From a virus (lineage: Duplodnaviria; Heunggongvirae; Uroviricota; Caudoviricetes): DNA of 64,000 nucleotides. Under the pieces are notes generated by a model. It did no database searches. It was not told the origin of the DNA and saw nothing but the letters and a program-made list of their open reading frames with translations. Positions 7,881-17,978 of the stretch are shown piece by piece; within the stretch, counting starts at the first letter, position 1, and every line of letters begins with the position of its first letter. The stretch spans positions 87,474 through 151,473 of IMG/VR virus record IMGVR_UViG_3300013104_000019; one strand, written 5' to 3'. Made by a program: the position numbers and the translations under genes.

Positions 7881-9980
7881 ATGTATGCTACCTCTCTGCC
7901 ATTCGATCCGACCCGGCCTACCCAGCCGGTGATGCAGATCGACATTTATCGGCCACCCTTCGTACCGGATTATCAGTGCGAAGAATGGCTGATGCCGCAT
8001 CGCCCGTACATCGCAGGCGTGTTGATGGCTGAGATTCAAGGTGGTGCACTGCGTCAGCCGCCTGCACCGCTGCGGATCTTTGCCTTCAACCTGTTTGCCG
8101 TGAACGGTTGGCGTAATGAAGAATTCGCCGGCATGTTTGGTAAGGCGTGTGACTATATCGCATTCACCATGACGGTGGAGCGCGGTAAATTCATGCGCGT
8201 GGAAGAAGCTGTACCGAACCTCATGCCGACGTACGTCACGCTGGTCGTCGCAGAAAACGCTCAGATTTTCCAAGGGCTTTTCGGCTATCTCGATCAGGAA
8301 GCTGCTCAGCATGTGCAAGTGGGGATTGCCAACATGGTGTCCCTGCGTGACAAGCTGGCGCGTTTTCGATCAAGTAACCCTGTCTGGGGTTATGGGCAAC
8401 AACAGCAGCAAATGATGCAACGTCCGTACATGCAACCGAACCAGCCGATGATGGATCCGCGCGAGATGTATCGCCAGTCCATGCAAGGTCAACTCGGCAT
8501 GGTCGCTGGGAGTGGAGTCGCCACCATTCCTCAGCCGGGTATCGATCCTCGCCTCATGCCGTCGTCGTATCAATCGACGCCCAGCTCAAGCGAGAACATG
8601 TACACGCGGATGCTCGCAGAAGAACGCGAGCAGCAAGGCGTACCTGCGCAACAAGCACAACCCTCTGTGACGGACCTCCTTGCTCCGCCCTTCAATCCCA
8701 GAACTCCCAAGGAACAACCGACCATGCAAACGCAACCGGATCAACTGACGTCGGGCCAGATGCTCGACGATGGCAGCAAACTGTACTCGGAAGAAGACGG
8801 CATGCAGTTCTGGCTGCCGTCGGAAGTCCAGCCGTATCGTCCCGTCTATCACCCCTCGACGCAATTCCGTCTCGTGCGTGTCATGCCCGACGGCGCGGCG
8901 TTCATCGAGGTCCACGACAAGGCTAACATGGAATTCAGCCAACACAACCTGCCCAACGAACTGACCAGCACGTTCGGCAAGAAGCGCGATGGCGTGCAGT
9001 ACGACGTCTCGCGAGCCAGTTCCGCCTTTGCCAAGGGCGCGCAAGAACTGGCTGAACGCATGAAGTGGTCAATCCAGTCCACCCAGCTGGGCGACACCGA
9101 TGAAGGTCGGCAAGCCAAGGAACGCGCCGAAGAACCGACGGCAATCGTCGTCACGCACGATGCGTGGTACAACGAAACGTCCGAAGTCATGGCGATGGTC
9201 TATACGGGCGTGGCACGCGCCGAGAAGGCCGCAACGATGCAGGAAGCGCCGGACGTGTTCCGCTGCTTCAGCTACATCTCGGAGCCGGTGATCTGCGACA
9301 AGGATCAATCGGATCTGCTGCGTCGTTTCTCCGATTCCCGTACGTGGCTGGAACTGGCGGGCAAGGTCGAAGAAGCCCTGAAGGACGGTGACGTCGGTCT
9401 GGTGGAAACGGTTTCGCGTCGTGCGATCATCACGCTCAACCGCGTGCTGGCGCTCTCGCTGTCGATTCCGCCGGATACGCTGTCGCTGGCCAACGACGGC
9501 TTCGACGTGGCGACGATTCAAGAGCTGGAGGACTATCTGGCTCAGAACTACTCGCCGATCTTCATCAACGCGTACAAGAAGCAGCAGCGCAACTATATCG
9601 ACTCGATGTTCCAGACCATCGCGCCGAAGGAAGCCGAAGATGAACTGCGCCGCAACATCATCGACCCGGCGAAGTTCCCGGAAGGCAAGGCTCCGTATCT
9701 GGCCCTGCTGACCAGCTGCATGTCGTTCACGACGCTCGACATCTACGCGCACGATCTCGACCTCGAACTCGACGCCGACACGGGGTCGCTGCTCACCGAA
9801 GAGAACTCCGGCGACGTGTATCGCGTGATCGCCGAGTTGTTCAACTCGCTGCCCAAGGAGCACACCTTCAACAAGCATCTGTTCCAGACCAACGACGGCG
9901 TCCTGCTGGAAGTGGTCAAGGGCGATCTGGCTGATGGTGCGTACATGCTCTCGCGTGTGCATCAGATCTGGTTTGGCTAA
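7881..9980 (+). CDS. conserved phiKZ-like hypothetical protein with Q/M/P-rich central region
   Basis: 699 aa, AAGGA RBS, strong codon bias in the 3' half. Confidence 0.8.
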   Translation: MYATSLPFDPTRPTQPVMQIDIYRPPFVPDYQCEEWLMPHRPYIAGVLMAEIQGGALRQPPAPLRIFAFNLFAVNGWRNEEFAGMFGKACDYIAFTMTVERGKFMRVEEAVPNLMPTYVTLVVAENAQIFQGLFGYLDQEAAQHVQVGIANMVSLRDKLARFRSSNPVWGYGQQQQQMMQRPYMQPNQPMMDPREMYRQSMQGQLGMVAGSGVATIPQPGIDPRLMPSSYQSTPSSSENMYTRMLAEEREQQGVPAQQAQPSVTDLLAPPFNPRTPKEQPTMQTQPDQLTSGQMLDDGSKLYSEEDGMQFWLPSEVQPYRPVYHPSTQFRLVRVMPDGAAFIEVHDKANMEFSQHNLPNELTSTFGKKRDGVQYDVSRASSAFAKGAQELAERMKWSIQSTQLGDTDEGRQAKERAEEPTAIVVTHDAWYNETSEVMAMVYTGVARAEKAATMQEAPDVFRCFSYISEPVICDKDQSDLLRRFSDSRTWLELAGKVEEALKDGDVGLVETVSRRAIITLNRVLALSLSIPPDTLSLANDGFDVATIQELEDYLAQNYSPIFINAYKKQQRNYIDSMFQTIAPKEAEDELRRNIIDPAKFPEGKAPYLALLTSCMSFTTLDIYAHDLDLELDADTGSLLTEENSGDVYRVIAELFNSLPKEHTFNKHLFQTNDGVLLEVVKGDLADGAYMLSRVHQIWFG

Positions 9981-10007
9981 AACGGCGTAGTGCCGCAGAA
10001 GTGCCTT

Positions 10008-10043
10008 AAAGACAGCTGCCCGAAAGGGTGGCTGTCTTTTTTT
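10008..10043 (+). terminator. intrinsic terminator
   Basis: AAAGACAGCTGCCC-GAAA-GGGTGGCTGTCTTT followed by a T-run, flanked by ACGGC (9982) and GCCGT (10044). Confidence 0.8.
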
Positions 10044-10118
10044 GCCGTCGAGAGGGTCATTCGCTTATTTTTTTGTCTTGGGGAGTGTTGTTATGACGAA
10101 CCCCCATCAGAGAAAATC

Positions 10119-10445
10119 ATGAATAGCGAAACGAATCTGGACATTTTGACCGAAGCAGTAAAGACGGCTTTGCAAGGAAGAGAGATTCTTAACGTCACCA
10201 AGCAAAGCCTTTCGAGGGGTTATTCGTTATCGAGCAGCGATAGTTCGAAACGCACTTCCCCATACGGCCGCTATCAAGTCCATATCGTCGCGCAACGTGA
10301 CAATTTGAAAGCCGTAGCCATGTTCATGGATTACGGCATCAAGGGTACGGGAGCAAGCAGCACTCGGATCGGCGTGACTTTGGACAATTTCACTGACTTG
10401 GCTACTCAGGTCGGTTCATTCCTAACTACAGGAAAGCGAGGATAG
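10119..10445 (+). CDS. hypothetical protein (accessory)
   Basis: 108 aa from the ATG at 10119. The track start at 9990 runs through the terminator. Visibly lower GC than neighbours. Confidence 0.65.
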   Translation: MNSETNLDILTEAVKTALQGREILNVTKQSLSRGYSLSSSDSSKRTSPYGRYQVHIVAQRDNLKAVAMFMDYGIKGTGASSTRIGVTLDNFTDLATQVGSFLTTGKRG

Positions 10446-10447
10446 CG

Positions 10448-10915
10448 ATGGAACTCGTTGCAAATAACAATCAGAAGGCCAGTGAAGTCAGTTATATCGA
10501 GGATGTGAATGAAGTTGCCGGGGTAAGCATCTACCACCTCGTAAAGCGCATCTACCAACGGTGCGTACAGAAGGGATTCGAAATCAAGGCGCAACAAATC
10601 GACGCGATCGATTCACCGGTTTCGGGCAAGTGGTGCTACACGCTCATTGGGCTACGGCACGAACGACTTCCCAACACGGTCACGCGCAGCGTCATGATTT
10701 CCGAGAACGCGGAGCAGGAAACCATCGTCTTGCATTATCAGAACACGGATGCAGGCGAAGGACCTCAAATGCAGCAAATGCAGTACTACGATGTTAGTCA
10801 AGCGGTCAATGACATTGGCTTCTTTCTGCTGAAAGGACGACGGCGGAACATCGAAGAGCAGCTGGCCAGTCAGCTGATTCACGATCAAGCCCAATGGGAA
10901 GACCAGTCGCAGTGA
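10448..10915 (+). CDS. hypothetical protein (accessory)
   Basis: 155 aa, starts 2 nt after the previous stop, GAGG RBS. Confidence 0.7.
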   Translation: MELVANNNQKASEVSYIEDVNEVAGVSIYHLVKRIYQRCVQKGFEIKAQQIDAIDSPVSGKWCYTLIGLRHERLPNTVTRSVMISENAEQETIVLHYQNTDAGEGPQMQQMQYYDVSQAVNDIGFFLLKGRRRNIEEQLASQLIHDQAQWEDQSQ

Positions 10916-10916
10916 C

Positions 10917-10955
10917 GGCATAAAGGGGAGGCCGAAGCCTCCCCGAAAATATGCC
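10917..10955. terminator. GGCATA-hairpin-TATGCC element (copy 1)
   Basis: GGCATA..GGGGAGGC-CGAA-GCCTCCCC..TATGCC between convergent genes. Confidence 0.7.
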
Positions 10956-10975
10956 TCTCTTTTTTTGCCTGTCGA

Positions 10976-13900
10976 TCAGGTGTTTTCACCACCGGCCGGA
11001 GGATTGCCTTCTTCCCCTTCCGGTTTGTTTCCACCTTCACCACCAGCGCCCGGCTCTTCTTCAGGCGGATTACCACCTTCGCCTTCACCACCTTCGCCAG
11101 GACCACCCAGACCCGGTTCTTCACCAAATCCAGTGCTTTCACCACCCGGCGTCTCTTCGCCCGTACCGGCTTCACCGCCAAAGCCACCACCACCCGTACC
11201 ACCTGCGCCAGTCGCATCGAGTGCTGCATCCGATGCATTCTTGATACGAGTAAGCTTGATGACGTTTTCGGTGAACGACTTAACCAAGCCTTCAAGGTGA
11301 GACTTCTGAGCCTCGAAGAGGTTAAGTGCGGGCACGCCGCTTTCGTCTTGCGTCGTGAGTTCGGACAGCTCCGTGAAGATGCCGTTTTCTGCCATGAACT
11401 TGCGCAGGAAGTACGCCACCACCGACTTCTTGAGCGCATCGACTTCGGTACTGATGTTGCCCACGAGGTCTTGCGTGAAGAATTCCGACGCGATCCACGC
11501 ATCGATTGCCAGTTCCAGCCCTTCCTTGTACTTCTGGTAGGCGGTCATCTGGTTTTCGAGCGTGACCATGTTCGGCTTGGGCAGCGAGGCCCACAACGTC
11601 GAGATGAACTGGATCAGGAGCTGTTCCACCACGAAACGCTGCTTGTGGCCTTCGACGCCTTCGGGTTGCGACTTCTGCGCTTCCTTCTGCGCAGTTTCGT
11701 TCTTCTTTTCTTCCGGCGTCGTCACACCGTACGGAACGTTGCCAGCAGCCGGAGGCGTTTCCGTCGGAGGAGTAGTTTCAGGCGTAGCTTCCGTGCCTGC
11801 GTTCTTGTTCTGAACAGCCTTCTTGGCAGCGGTCATGAACTCGTCATGGTCGTCCTCGTTGGTCTGATCCTGAACAGCCAGCTTGGCCTTCTCCTCGTTC
11901 TGAACCGTATCGCGCTTGTCCTGACGCAGATGTTCGTAGTTGTCATTGAGAATCTGACGCAGATCATCCATCAGGTACTGGGACGCCCTCGCGTACTTGC
12001 GTGTGTGGTCCGCAAGCAGCTTCTCGAAGTTGTCCTGATGCACCATCACCCGCTTAGCCAGCAGCAGGTTGTTTTGCACCAGCGAGGTTGCAAACTCGGC
12101 ATGGAACGCTGCGTCGATGTTATCGGGCGAGAGACCCGTGAACATGATCGCTTTCTTGTCCAAGGCATCGGTGAGTCCGGTATCGGGCTGTGTGTACTCC
12201 GATTTCTTCTCGGAGAACTCGATGTCCAGTGCCGGCACACCGGGGTGGTTCTTGAAGGTGAATTCAAGGCCCGAGCGTTGCAGCCAGTCGACCAGATCCG
12301 TCGGCGAGTTCATCCCCAGCGGGAAGTACTGCTGACGGCTACGCACGATTTCATGTGCAGCAATCTCGATCGTCTTCTTCGGGTCCGGATCTTCCGGATC
12401 GAGGTTCAAATCAACCTTGGTACGGCCAATCGAATTGCGCACACCTGCCATCGTCTGCGCGAACATGAGCATGGCACGCATCGAGTTGAGCACCTTCATC
12501 TCGTCGAGCAGGGATTCCCCCACGCCGTCCGGGCTGAAGTTGAATGCGAAATACGTCATCAACTCGATCGGGATAAAGAGCAACTGCGTGTACTGCTTGG
12601 CGAGCGTACGCGAGAGCATGATGCGGTAGATCTCGTCACGCCGTGCCAGTGCCACACCGTTGCCATACCAGCCATTGCGCAGTCGCGCCAAGAGATCTGC
12701 TTCCACGATCTCCTGATAGTAGCGCACCGAATAGTCAGTCATGTGGGCGTTCATCGACGGGAAGCCCGACATCATCGACTTGACCTTGTTGAGCATGGCC
12801 GACGGGAACGAACCGTTGCTGTTCAGGCGTGCGGTCAGTTCTTGGTAGTAGTCGTTCTTGCTCGTCCGGCTCACCGGATTGCCGTCTTGGTCGATCAGCA
12901 CGAAGAAACCGATCTGCTCTTTCGGGTTACCGGGAATGAACACCGGGATTACCGACTCCGAAGGCAGATGCAGCACCAACGGATTGCCGATCGTGCGACG
13001 CGTAAGTTGCTCTTGCGTACGCAATGCAGTGATGGCGTTGTGGCCGTACTGCTTGTTCTTGTAGACGAGCGAAGTCAACTCACGATCGGTGAGTCGCTTC
13101 ATGCCCTCTTTCTCCATCGCAGTCGACATCGCGCTTTCGAGCGACATGAGTCGGTCTTCGACGCCGAGCATCGATTTTACGCGAGTTTCACGAACTTTTT
13201 GATTCAGCTGCGGGATCTTAAGAACGTTGAAATTGTCGGTGACATGCAAGTAAGTATCCGGATGCGGCTTTTCCATGATCCCTTCGAACGTCACCCGGCC
13301 GTCGGTGGTCTCCGGCACATGCGTGTTAAACGCTTCCAGTGCCATACCCGGACCTTTGCGCTCATGCGTCGGACCAGTTTTCACCGAAGGACCCAACACA
13401 CCCAAATTGCGCACCATGCCGGTAGCCGGATCGATGTGGTCCGAGAGAGCTTCCATCGACATGTGACGCGGTGAATTGATCACATCGTCGATGGAGTTTT
13501 CCGGGATCACAGCGATCGGATAGCTGCCCGTTCGGCCGAGAATGTCCGTCAAAATCTCGGAAAGCTTCGACTGAATGTTATAGTCTTGCTCAAAATGCTG
13601 CCGAACGCGTGCAAGCATCGCTGCCTGAACATGGGGCGGCATGAGGCCCTCTGCCGCTGTCCACGTCAATTCTGTCGTGGTCAGATCCTTCGGAGACAGA
13701 ATCGAGCTGACCAGAATTTCGATGGCCAGCTTCATGTCCGGCAGGGTTTGCATCACGGTCTCGGCGTCGCCGATGTTTTGAGCCGTGTGCTGGGAAACGT
13801 TTTTGAATGCGTTGATCTGCGGAGTCGTCGGTGCCCGTTCGCCGTGGTTGTTGTAATTCGGAGGAAGCGTTGGACTCACCATCTTGCTGATGGTAGCTGC

Positions 13901-13990
13901 CAACTCCGGATCGGCTTTAACCATGGACAACGCAGGAACCTTACGGCCCGAGTTCGCGAGTGCAATCGTTTTCTTGATCGCGTCTTTCAT
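10976..13990 (-). CDS. portal protein (phiKZ gp129-like)
   Basis: 1004 aa with GSYPIAVIPENSIDDVIN, HLPSESVIPVFIPGNPKEQIGFFVLID and GVRNSIGRTKV family-like segments. Acidic Gly-rich tail. Confidence 0.8.
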   Translation of the reverse strand: MKDAIKKTIALANSGRKVPALSMVKADPELAATISKMVSPTLPPNYNNHGERAPTTPQINAFKNVSQHTAQNIGDAETVMQTLPDMKLAIEILVSSILSPKDLTTTELTWTAAEGLMPPHVQAAMLARVRQHFEQDYNIQSKLSEILTDILGRTGSYPIAVIPENSIDDVINSPRHMSMEALSDHIDPATGMVRNLGVLGPSVKTGPTHERKGPGMALEAFNTHVPETTDGRVTFEGIMEKPHPDTYLHVTDNFNVLKIPQLNQKVRETRVKSMLGVEDRLMSLESAMSTAMEKEGMKRLTDRELTSLVYKNKQYGHNAITALRTQEQLTRRTIGNPLVLHLPSESVIPVFIPGNPKEQIGFFVLIDQDGNPVSRTSKNDYYQELTARLNSNGSFPSAMLNKVKSMMSGFPSMNAHMTDYSVRYYQEIVEADLLARLRNGWYGNGVALARRDEIYRIMLSRTLAKQYTQLLFIPIELMTYFAFNFSPDGVGESLLDEMKVLNSMRAMLMFAQTMAGVRNSIGRTKVDLNLDPEDPDPKKTIEIAAHEIVRSRQQYFPLGMNSPTDLVDWLQRSGLEFTFKNHPGVPALDIEFSEKKSEYTQPDTGLTDALDKKAIMFTGLSPDNIDAAFHAEFATSLVQNNLLLAKRVMVHQDNFEKLLADHTRKYARASQYLMDDLRQILNDNYEHLRQDKRDTVQNEEKAKLAVQDQTNEDDHDEFMTAAKKAVQNKNAGTEATPETTPPTETPPAAGNVPYGVTTPEEKKNETAQKEAQKSQPEGVEGHKQRFVVEQLLIQFISTLWASLPKPNMVTLENQMTAYQKYKEGLELAIDAWIASEFFTQDLVGNISTEVDALKKSVVAYFLRKFMAENGIFTELSELTTQDESGVPALNLFEAQKSHLEGLVKSFTENVIKLTRIKNASDAALDATGAGGTGGGGFGGEAGTGEETPGGESTGFGEEPGLGGPGEGGEGEGGNPPEEEPGAGGEGGNKPEGEEGNPPAGGENT

Positions 13991-14021
13991 TTAAACCTCG
14001 TCAGCTTAAGAGGCAGTCGTT

Positions 14022-16412
14022 ATGGCTTCAACCAACTTCTACGACCTGTATATTCAATCTGTGGTGCAGCTGGCTGAGACTATCGTCATCAAATCAGCTG
14101 ACACGGCGGATGGACTCAACCAATATGTCATCGAACAGAAGGGCGGGAGTGTGAACACGCTCGACCCGACTACGTGGAAGTACTACCTAAACATCACGGG
14201 TGAGTACCATTCCACGGATACGATGATGACCGTGACCTCAATGGATACCTTGGAGCAAATTAATTTCACCAAGGAAAACCTGAAAACTCATTTGGCCACG
14301 GCAAAGGGCTATCAGTACGGTACGCGTAGCTACCAAGAACTGGTGGCTCGCTATCCGGATCAAGAGCTGCTGATTCTCGGCGTTCTTTATCCGGCCGACA
14401 TGACCATGGCGGTTGAATCACCCGATGGGACGATTCTTGCCTACCCGCCCAATCTCGTTGAGGCAAACGAGTACTCCCTGATCGACAAGCTCCAAAACTG
14501 GATCTATTCGTACAAGGGTCGCTGGATCAATGTGCAGTACAGTATTTCTGATCCGCTGTACTCGTTTGTCCACCACGGGATCATGTACCTGATGCTGTTG
14601 TTGCAGATTCTGGGCTATCGCTTGGAAGCCTGCAAAACCAACGAAGCGCATTCGTACCATGTACGGATGTATCTCGCTTCGCATCAAGGACTCGATCAGT
14701 ACCTCGATTTCATGACGACGAAACAGGCACTCTGGTTCTACCGGAATATCTGTTACATCGAGCGCAACACAGGGCAGCGCCAGATTTTCGATTTGCTCCT
14801 TGAGCATATCATGACCGAGCGCAATTTGCCGCTGGCTGAATACCTGATGAAGCATGACATCAGTAAGATGCCGGACGACATGGACCCGACCGTGACGTTT
14901 GTTCGCACGCCGCTTAACATCGGCAATGTGGACTCCAACAACGTCGTCGATCTGGACCAGATGCTGACGAAGGAACAAGGCATCGCACGGGACAACGCAG
15001 CGTACCAAGGCGATTACGAGCCGCTGATTCTGGAGAAGATGCGGAACTCCAAGTCCAGTACCCTGATGTCGAAAGCATTGTCGTCGGAGATGGTGGACTA
15101 TTCGAATAGCTCCCCGTACACGCTCTCTGACATTTTGCTCAACCATTGGCTGTGGTTGGCCAGCAAAGGCTCGTACAGCGCGTTCGTTAGCGCCACCAAT
15201 CCGCAAACGGGAGAAGCTATTCCCATTTCGGTCAAGGACGCATGGACGCTCATGTGGTATTGCTGGATGGGCTCGAATGGGATCGATCTGTCCAAGTCGG
15301 TGATTCCGGCGATGTTTGCGCAGCGCGTGCAACGCATCCCGACTCCGACGACCACGGATCTGCTGAGCGTAGTTGATCCGAAACTCGTGGATGTGACGAT
15401 CGCACAGAAGGCGCTTTCCATGCAGCCTTCGATTGTGCCGATCCTCTCAACCGAAGCGTTTTACGAGACGTGCGTGCAGATCACCGCAGCTGCAAACATG
15501 CAGCTTAATCTGGTTGCTTTCATGGAGCACAAGGATCGTCGTGCTTACGTGGAAGGCATGGTCGAGCGGATCTATTCGGATAACGTCGTCTACACGGCTC
15601 CTCCGGATCAGACCTACGCAAGCTGGTTCTCAGAGCGTAACCTGAACCTGTCGACTTTCAGCAATGACCAGTTGAATCTGCTCTATCTGGACCTCGTGAA
15701 GAAAGCCACTGGTCTGGATCTCATCAATTCGCAAAGCTTGGCTGCACTGCAAGCAGCGATGGTGAGCATGTTCAAGCGGTTGTCAAGCTATTCGGTGCAG
15801 TTCCTCGCCAAGATCAACTCCAGTCCGATCCGCATGGTCAACTGGCCGATCGTTCGTGTAGGGGACGTGAAGGGTAGTGGCTCAGCTGAGTACTACATGC
15901 CCGACAACACCGTTGACGTGATGGATGAAACTGTCAAAGGCTCAGCCCTTTGGGAAGTGGATATCAATCACCCGCAACCGCGAGAGAACTACCTGTTCAA
16001 GATGCATGTGGCAGAGCAGATTGAATTGACTGCAAAACCGCATCTGGGTCAAAACGCAGTGCAATACAACTACAACGTGAAGTCCGTAGTTGGTGTAAAG
16101 CTTTCGACCCCGCTGCAACCCAACGACGTCGGTGTCATTCCGGTTGTAGGGACAGACGCATGGCTTGCCTTGCCGCCTGAAGAGCGCTATCAGTTTGCTG
16201 ATGTGTGGCGTAATAACAATTACTACTACACTCCGCCGCCTGAAGAGCCGCTCGATGTGGCTATCTTCCGTCAGACCTTGAATGGCTTGACGTGGATTGA
16301 TCGCACGCCTCCCCGGTTTGCGACGACAACCGATCTCGATGGCTTAGCCGCCTACGATGCCCGGATGTTGACGTTGTCTGATTTGGATGGTTTCAAAGAA
16401 CTAAATCAGTGA
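14022..16412 (+). CDS. virion structural protein, probable baseplate (phiKZ gp128-like)
   Basis: 796 aa with WKYYLNITGEY, MTVTSMDTLEQINFTKENL and KTNEAHSYHVRMYLASH segments. Divergent from the portal gene. Confidence 0.75.
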   Translation: MASTNFYDLYIQSVVQLAETIVIKSADTADGLNQYVIEQKGGSVNTLDPTTWKYYLNITGEYHSTDTMMTVTSMDTLEQINFTKENLKTHLATAKGYQYGTRSYQELVARYPDQELLILGVLYPADMTMAVESPDGTILAYPPNLVEANEYSLIDKLQNWIYSYKGRWINVQYSISDPLYSFVHHGIMYLMLLLQILGYRLEACKTNEAHSYHVRMYLASHQGLDQYLDFMTTKQALWFYRNICYIERNTGQRQIFDLLLEHIMTERNLPLAEYLMKHDISKMPDDMDPTVTFVRTPLNIGNVDSNNVVDLDQMLTKEQGIARDNAAYQGDYEPLILEKMRNSKSSTLMSKALSSEMVDYSNSSPYTLSDILLNHWLWLASKGSYSAFVSATNPQTGEAIPISVKDAWTLMWYCWMGSNGIDLSKSVIPAMFAQRVQRIPTPTTTDLLSVVDPKLVDVTIAQKALSMQPSIVPILSTEAFYETCVQITAAANMQLNLVAFMEHKDRRAYVEGMVERIYSDNVVYTAPPDQTYASWFSERNLNLSTFSNDQLNLLYLDLVKKATGLDLINSQSLAALQAAMVSMFKRLSSYSVQFLAKINSSPIRMVNWPIVRVGDVKGSGSAEYYMPDNTVDVMDETVKGSALWEVDINHPQPRENYLFKMHVAEQIELTAKPHLGQNAVQYNYNVKSVVGVKLSTPLQPNDVGVIPVVGTDAWLALPPEERYQFADVWRNNNYYYTPPPEEPLDVAIFRQTLNGLTWIDRTPPRFATTTDLDGLAAYDARMLTLSDLDGFKELNQ

Positions 16413-16481
16413 ACGTCGTGTTTGATATGAAAACCCCAATTTTAAATTGGATTGTCTGGAAATAAACAACAGGATCTTTCC

Positions 16482-17345
16482 ATGGAACAAATGACGCGTA
16501 CAGTCTACTCTGCTGCATTGCAGACTGCGCTGTACATGAACCTGCCGGTGCCGATCAAGCCGAACTCGACGCTCAACGAGCGTTTCTCGGTTCAGCAAGG
16601 GCAGCTGCCGACCATCGACAATCCGCCACGCGCTCGCTACTACTCGCTCGGAAACGGTGGTCACACCTTCACGGTCGGTGCGGACATGATTCCGAAGCCC
16701 GAACCGATTCAGCACCGTGCAACGGACGCAGCGGCCTTCAAGCCGATTCCGTTTGTGCTGCGCTTGCCGACCAACGATCTGTCACCGACCGATCGCGCCA
16801 AGTACGCGCTGCGTCGTGCTGAAGTCTGGCAAGGACAGACGTACTTCGCGTACTACCTGAAGCGCATCGACTTCACGGGCGTGACGGTGGACATGCAGTA
16901 CAAGACGGTCGACAGCCAAGGCAACGTGACGACCACCGAGTTCGTGCCGGATTCGTCGAACCTGAACCCGACGCCGCCGGCGCTGTCCTCCACCGGGGTG
17001 AACCTCACCACGGGTGACTACGTCTCGGCCGATGCACGGATCGACTTGTCGCTCTCGGCTGCGGACTGTCAGGAGCTGCTCAACGTGGCGCAAGTGATCT
17101 GGGGTGATCCGCGTTACGCAATCGTCTCGGAAATCCTGCTCTGTTCGGGCGTGGACCAAGCCGTACAAGCTTCGACGGGTATCGGCAATGGCTCGTTCTC
17201 CTTCATGGAGGCGATCGCCTCGCAAGTCATGACGTTCGTTTCGGGTTTCATCCCGGTCTCGTTCATGAACAATGGTGCCGACATCAACCTCGACGTCGGT
17301 GCGACCGAGCCGCTGCTCAACCTGAACGGCCAGAACACCGTCTAA
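16482..17345 (+). CDS. virion structural protein (phiKZ gp139-like)
   Basis: 287 aa from the ATG at 16482 (ACAGGA RBS). TLNERF, HRATDAAAFKPIPFVLR and YFAYYLKRIDF segments. Confidence 0.75.
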   Translation: MEQMTRTVYSAALQTALYMNLPVPIKPNSTLNERFSVQQGQLPTIDNPPRARYYSLGNGGHTFTVGADMIPKPEPIQHRATDAAAFKPIPFVLRLPTNDLSPTDRAKYALRRAEVWQGQTYFAYYLKRIDFTGVTVDMQYKTVDSQGNVTTTEFVPDSSNLNPTPPALSSTGVNLTTGDYVSADARIDLSLSAADCQELLNVAQVIWGDPRYAIVSEILLCSGVDQAVQASTGIGNGSFSFMEAIASQVMTFVSGFIPVSFMNNGADINLDVGATEPLLNLNGQNTV

Positions 17346-17355
17346 GGAGGCGAGC

Positions 17356-17964
17356 ATGTTGACGATGCCGGCTGATACCAGCCCGTACGCGTCAATTCTC
17401 GCTATCGACCCTGGTACGGAAACCCTCGGAATTGCGTGTATTGAATTTGACTGCGTGTCGGGTGAGATCCACGGTTCCGAGGCTAAGACGTTCAAGGGCT
17501 CGAAGATGGCAAAAGGCAGTTGGGTAGCTGAGGTGCATGGGGATCGGTTTAGCCGTATCAACGCGCACCGTCAAAACCTTGCACGCATTCTGAATGCCGT
17601 GCAACCTGCCTTCATTGCCTCCGAATCTCCGTTCTTTTCTCGTGCGCACCCGCAGGCGTATGGAGCATTGACGGAAATCGTCTATGCGTTGCAATTGACA
17701 ATTTTCGAGTACGACCCTTTACTGGAAGTGGAGTTCATTGATCCGCCTTCAGTGAAAAACGCTGTGGGAGCAAAAGGTAACGCCGATAAAGACACAGTCC
17801 GTGCACACGTGCTGGACATTCAAGAACTGAAGTACGCAGGACGCATTGCAATCGATCAGTTGGACGAACATTCGATTGACGCTTTGGCGGTTGCTTACGC
17901 CATGTTGCAACGAGTCCGCACGCGCTACTATTGGTTTAAGAACGGCAAGTTAAAACCAATCTGA
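17356..17964 (+). CDS. ruvC: Holliday junction resolvase RuvC
   Basis: ILAIDPGT (Asp), IASESPF (Glu), VKNAVGAKGNADK and DEHSIDALAVA (Asp) RuvC catalytic motifs. Confidence 0.9.
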   Translation: MLTMPADTSPYASILAIDPGTETLGIACIEFDCVSGEIHGSEAKTFKGSKMAKGSWVAEVHGDRFSRINAHRQNLARILNAVQPAFIASESPFFSRAHPQAYGALTEIVYALQLTIFEYDPLLEVEFIDPPSVKNAVGAKGNADKDTVRAHVLDIQELKYAGRIAIDQLDEHSIDALAVAYAMLQRVRTRYYWFKNGKLKPI

Positions 17965-17978
17965 AAGCGAGAAAGACC

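Noticed and set aside
10976-11230. Gly/Glu-rich tract as a DNA tandem repeat or collagen-like domain
   Set aside because: There is no fixed period or sustained Gly-X-Y register. It is simple low-complexity protein.
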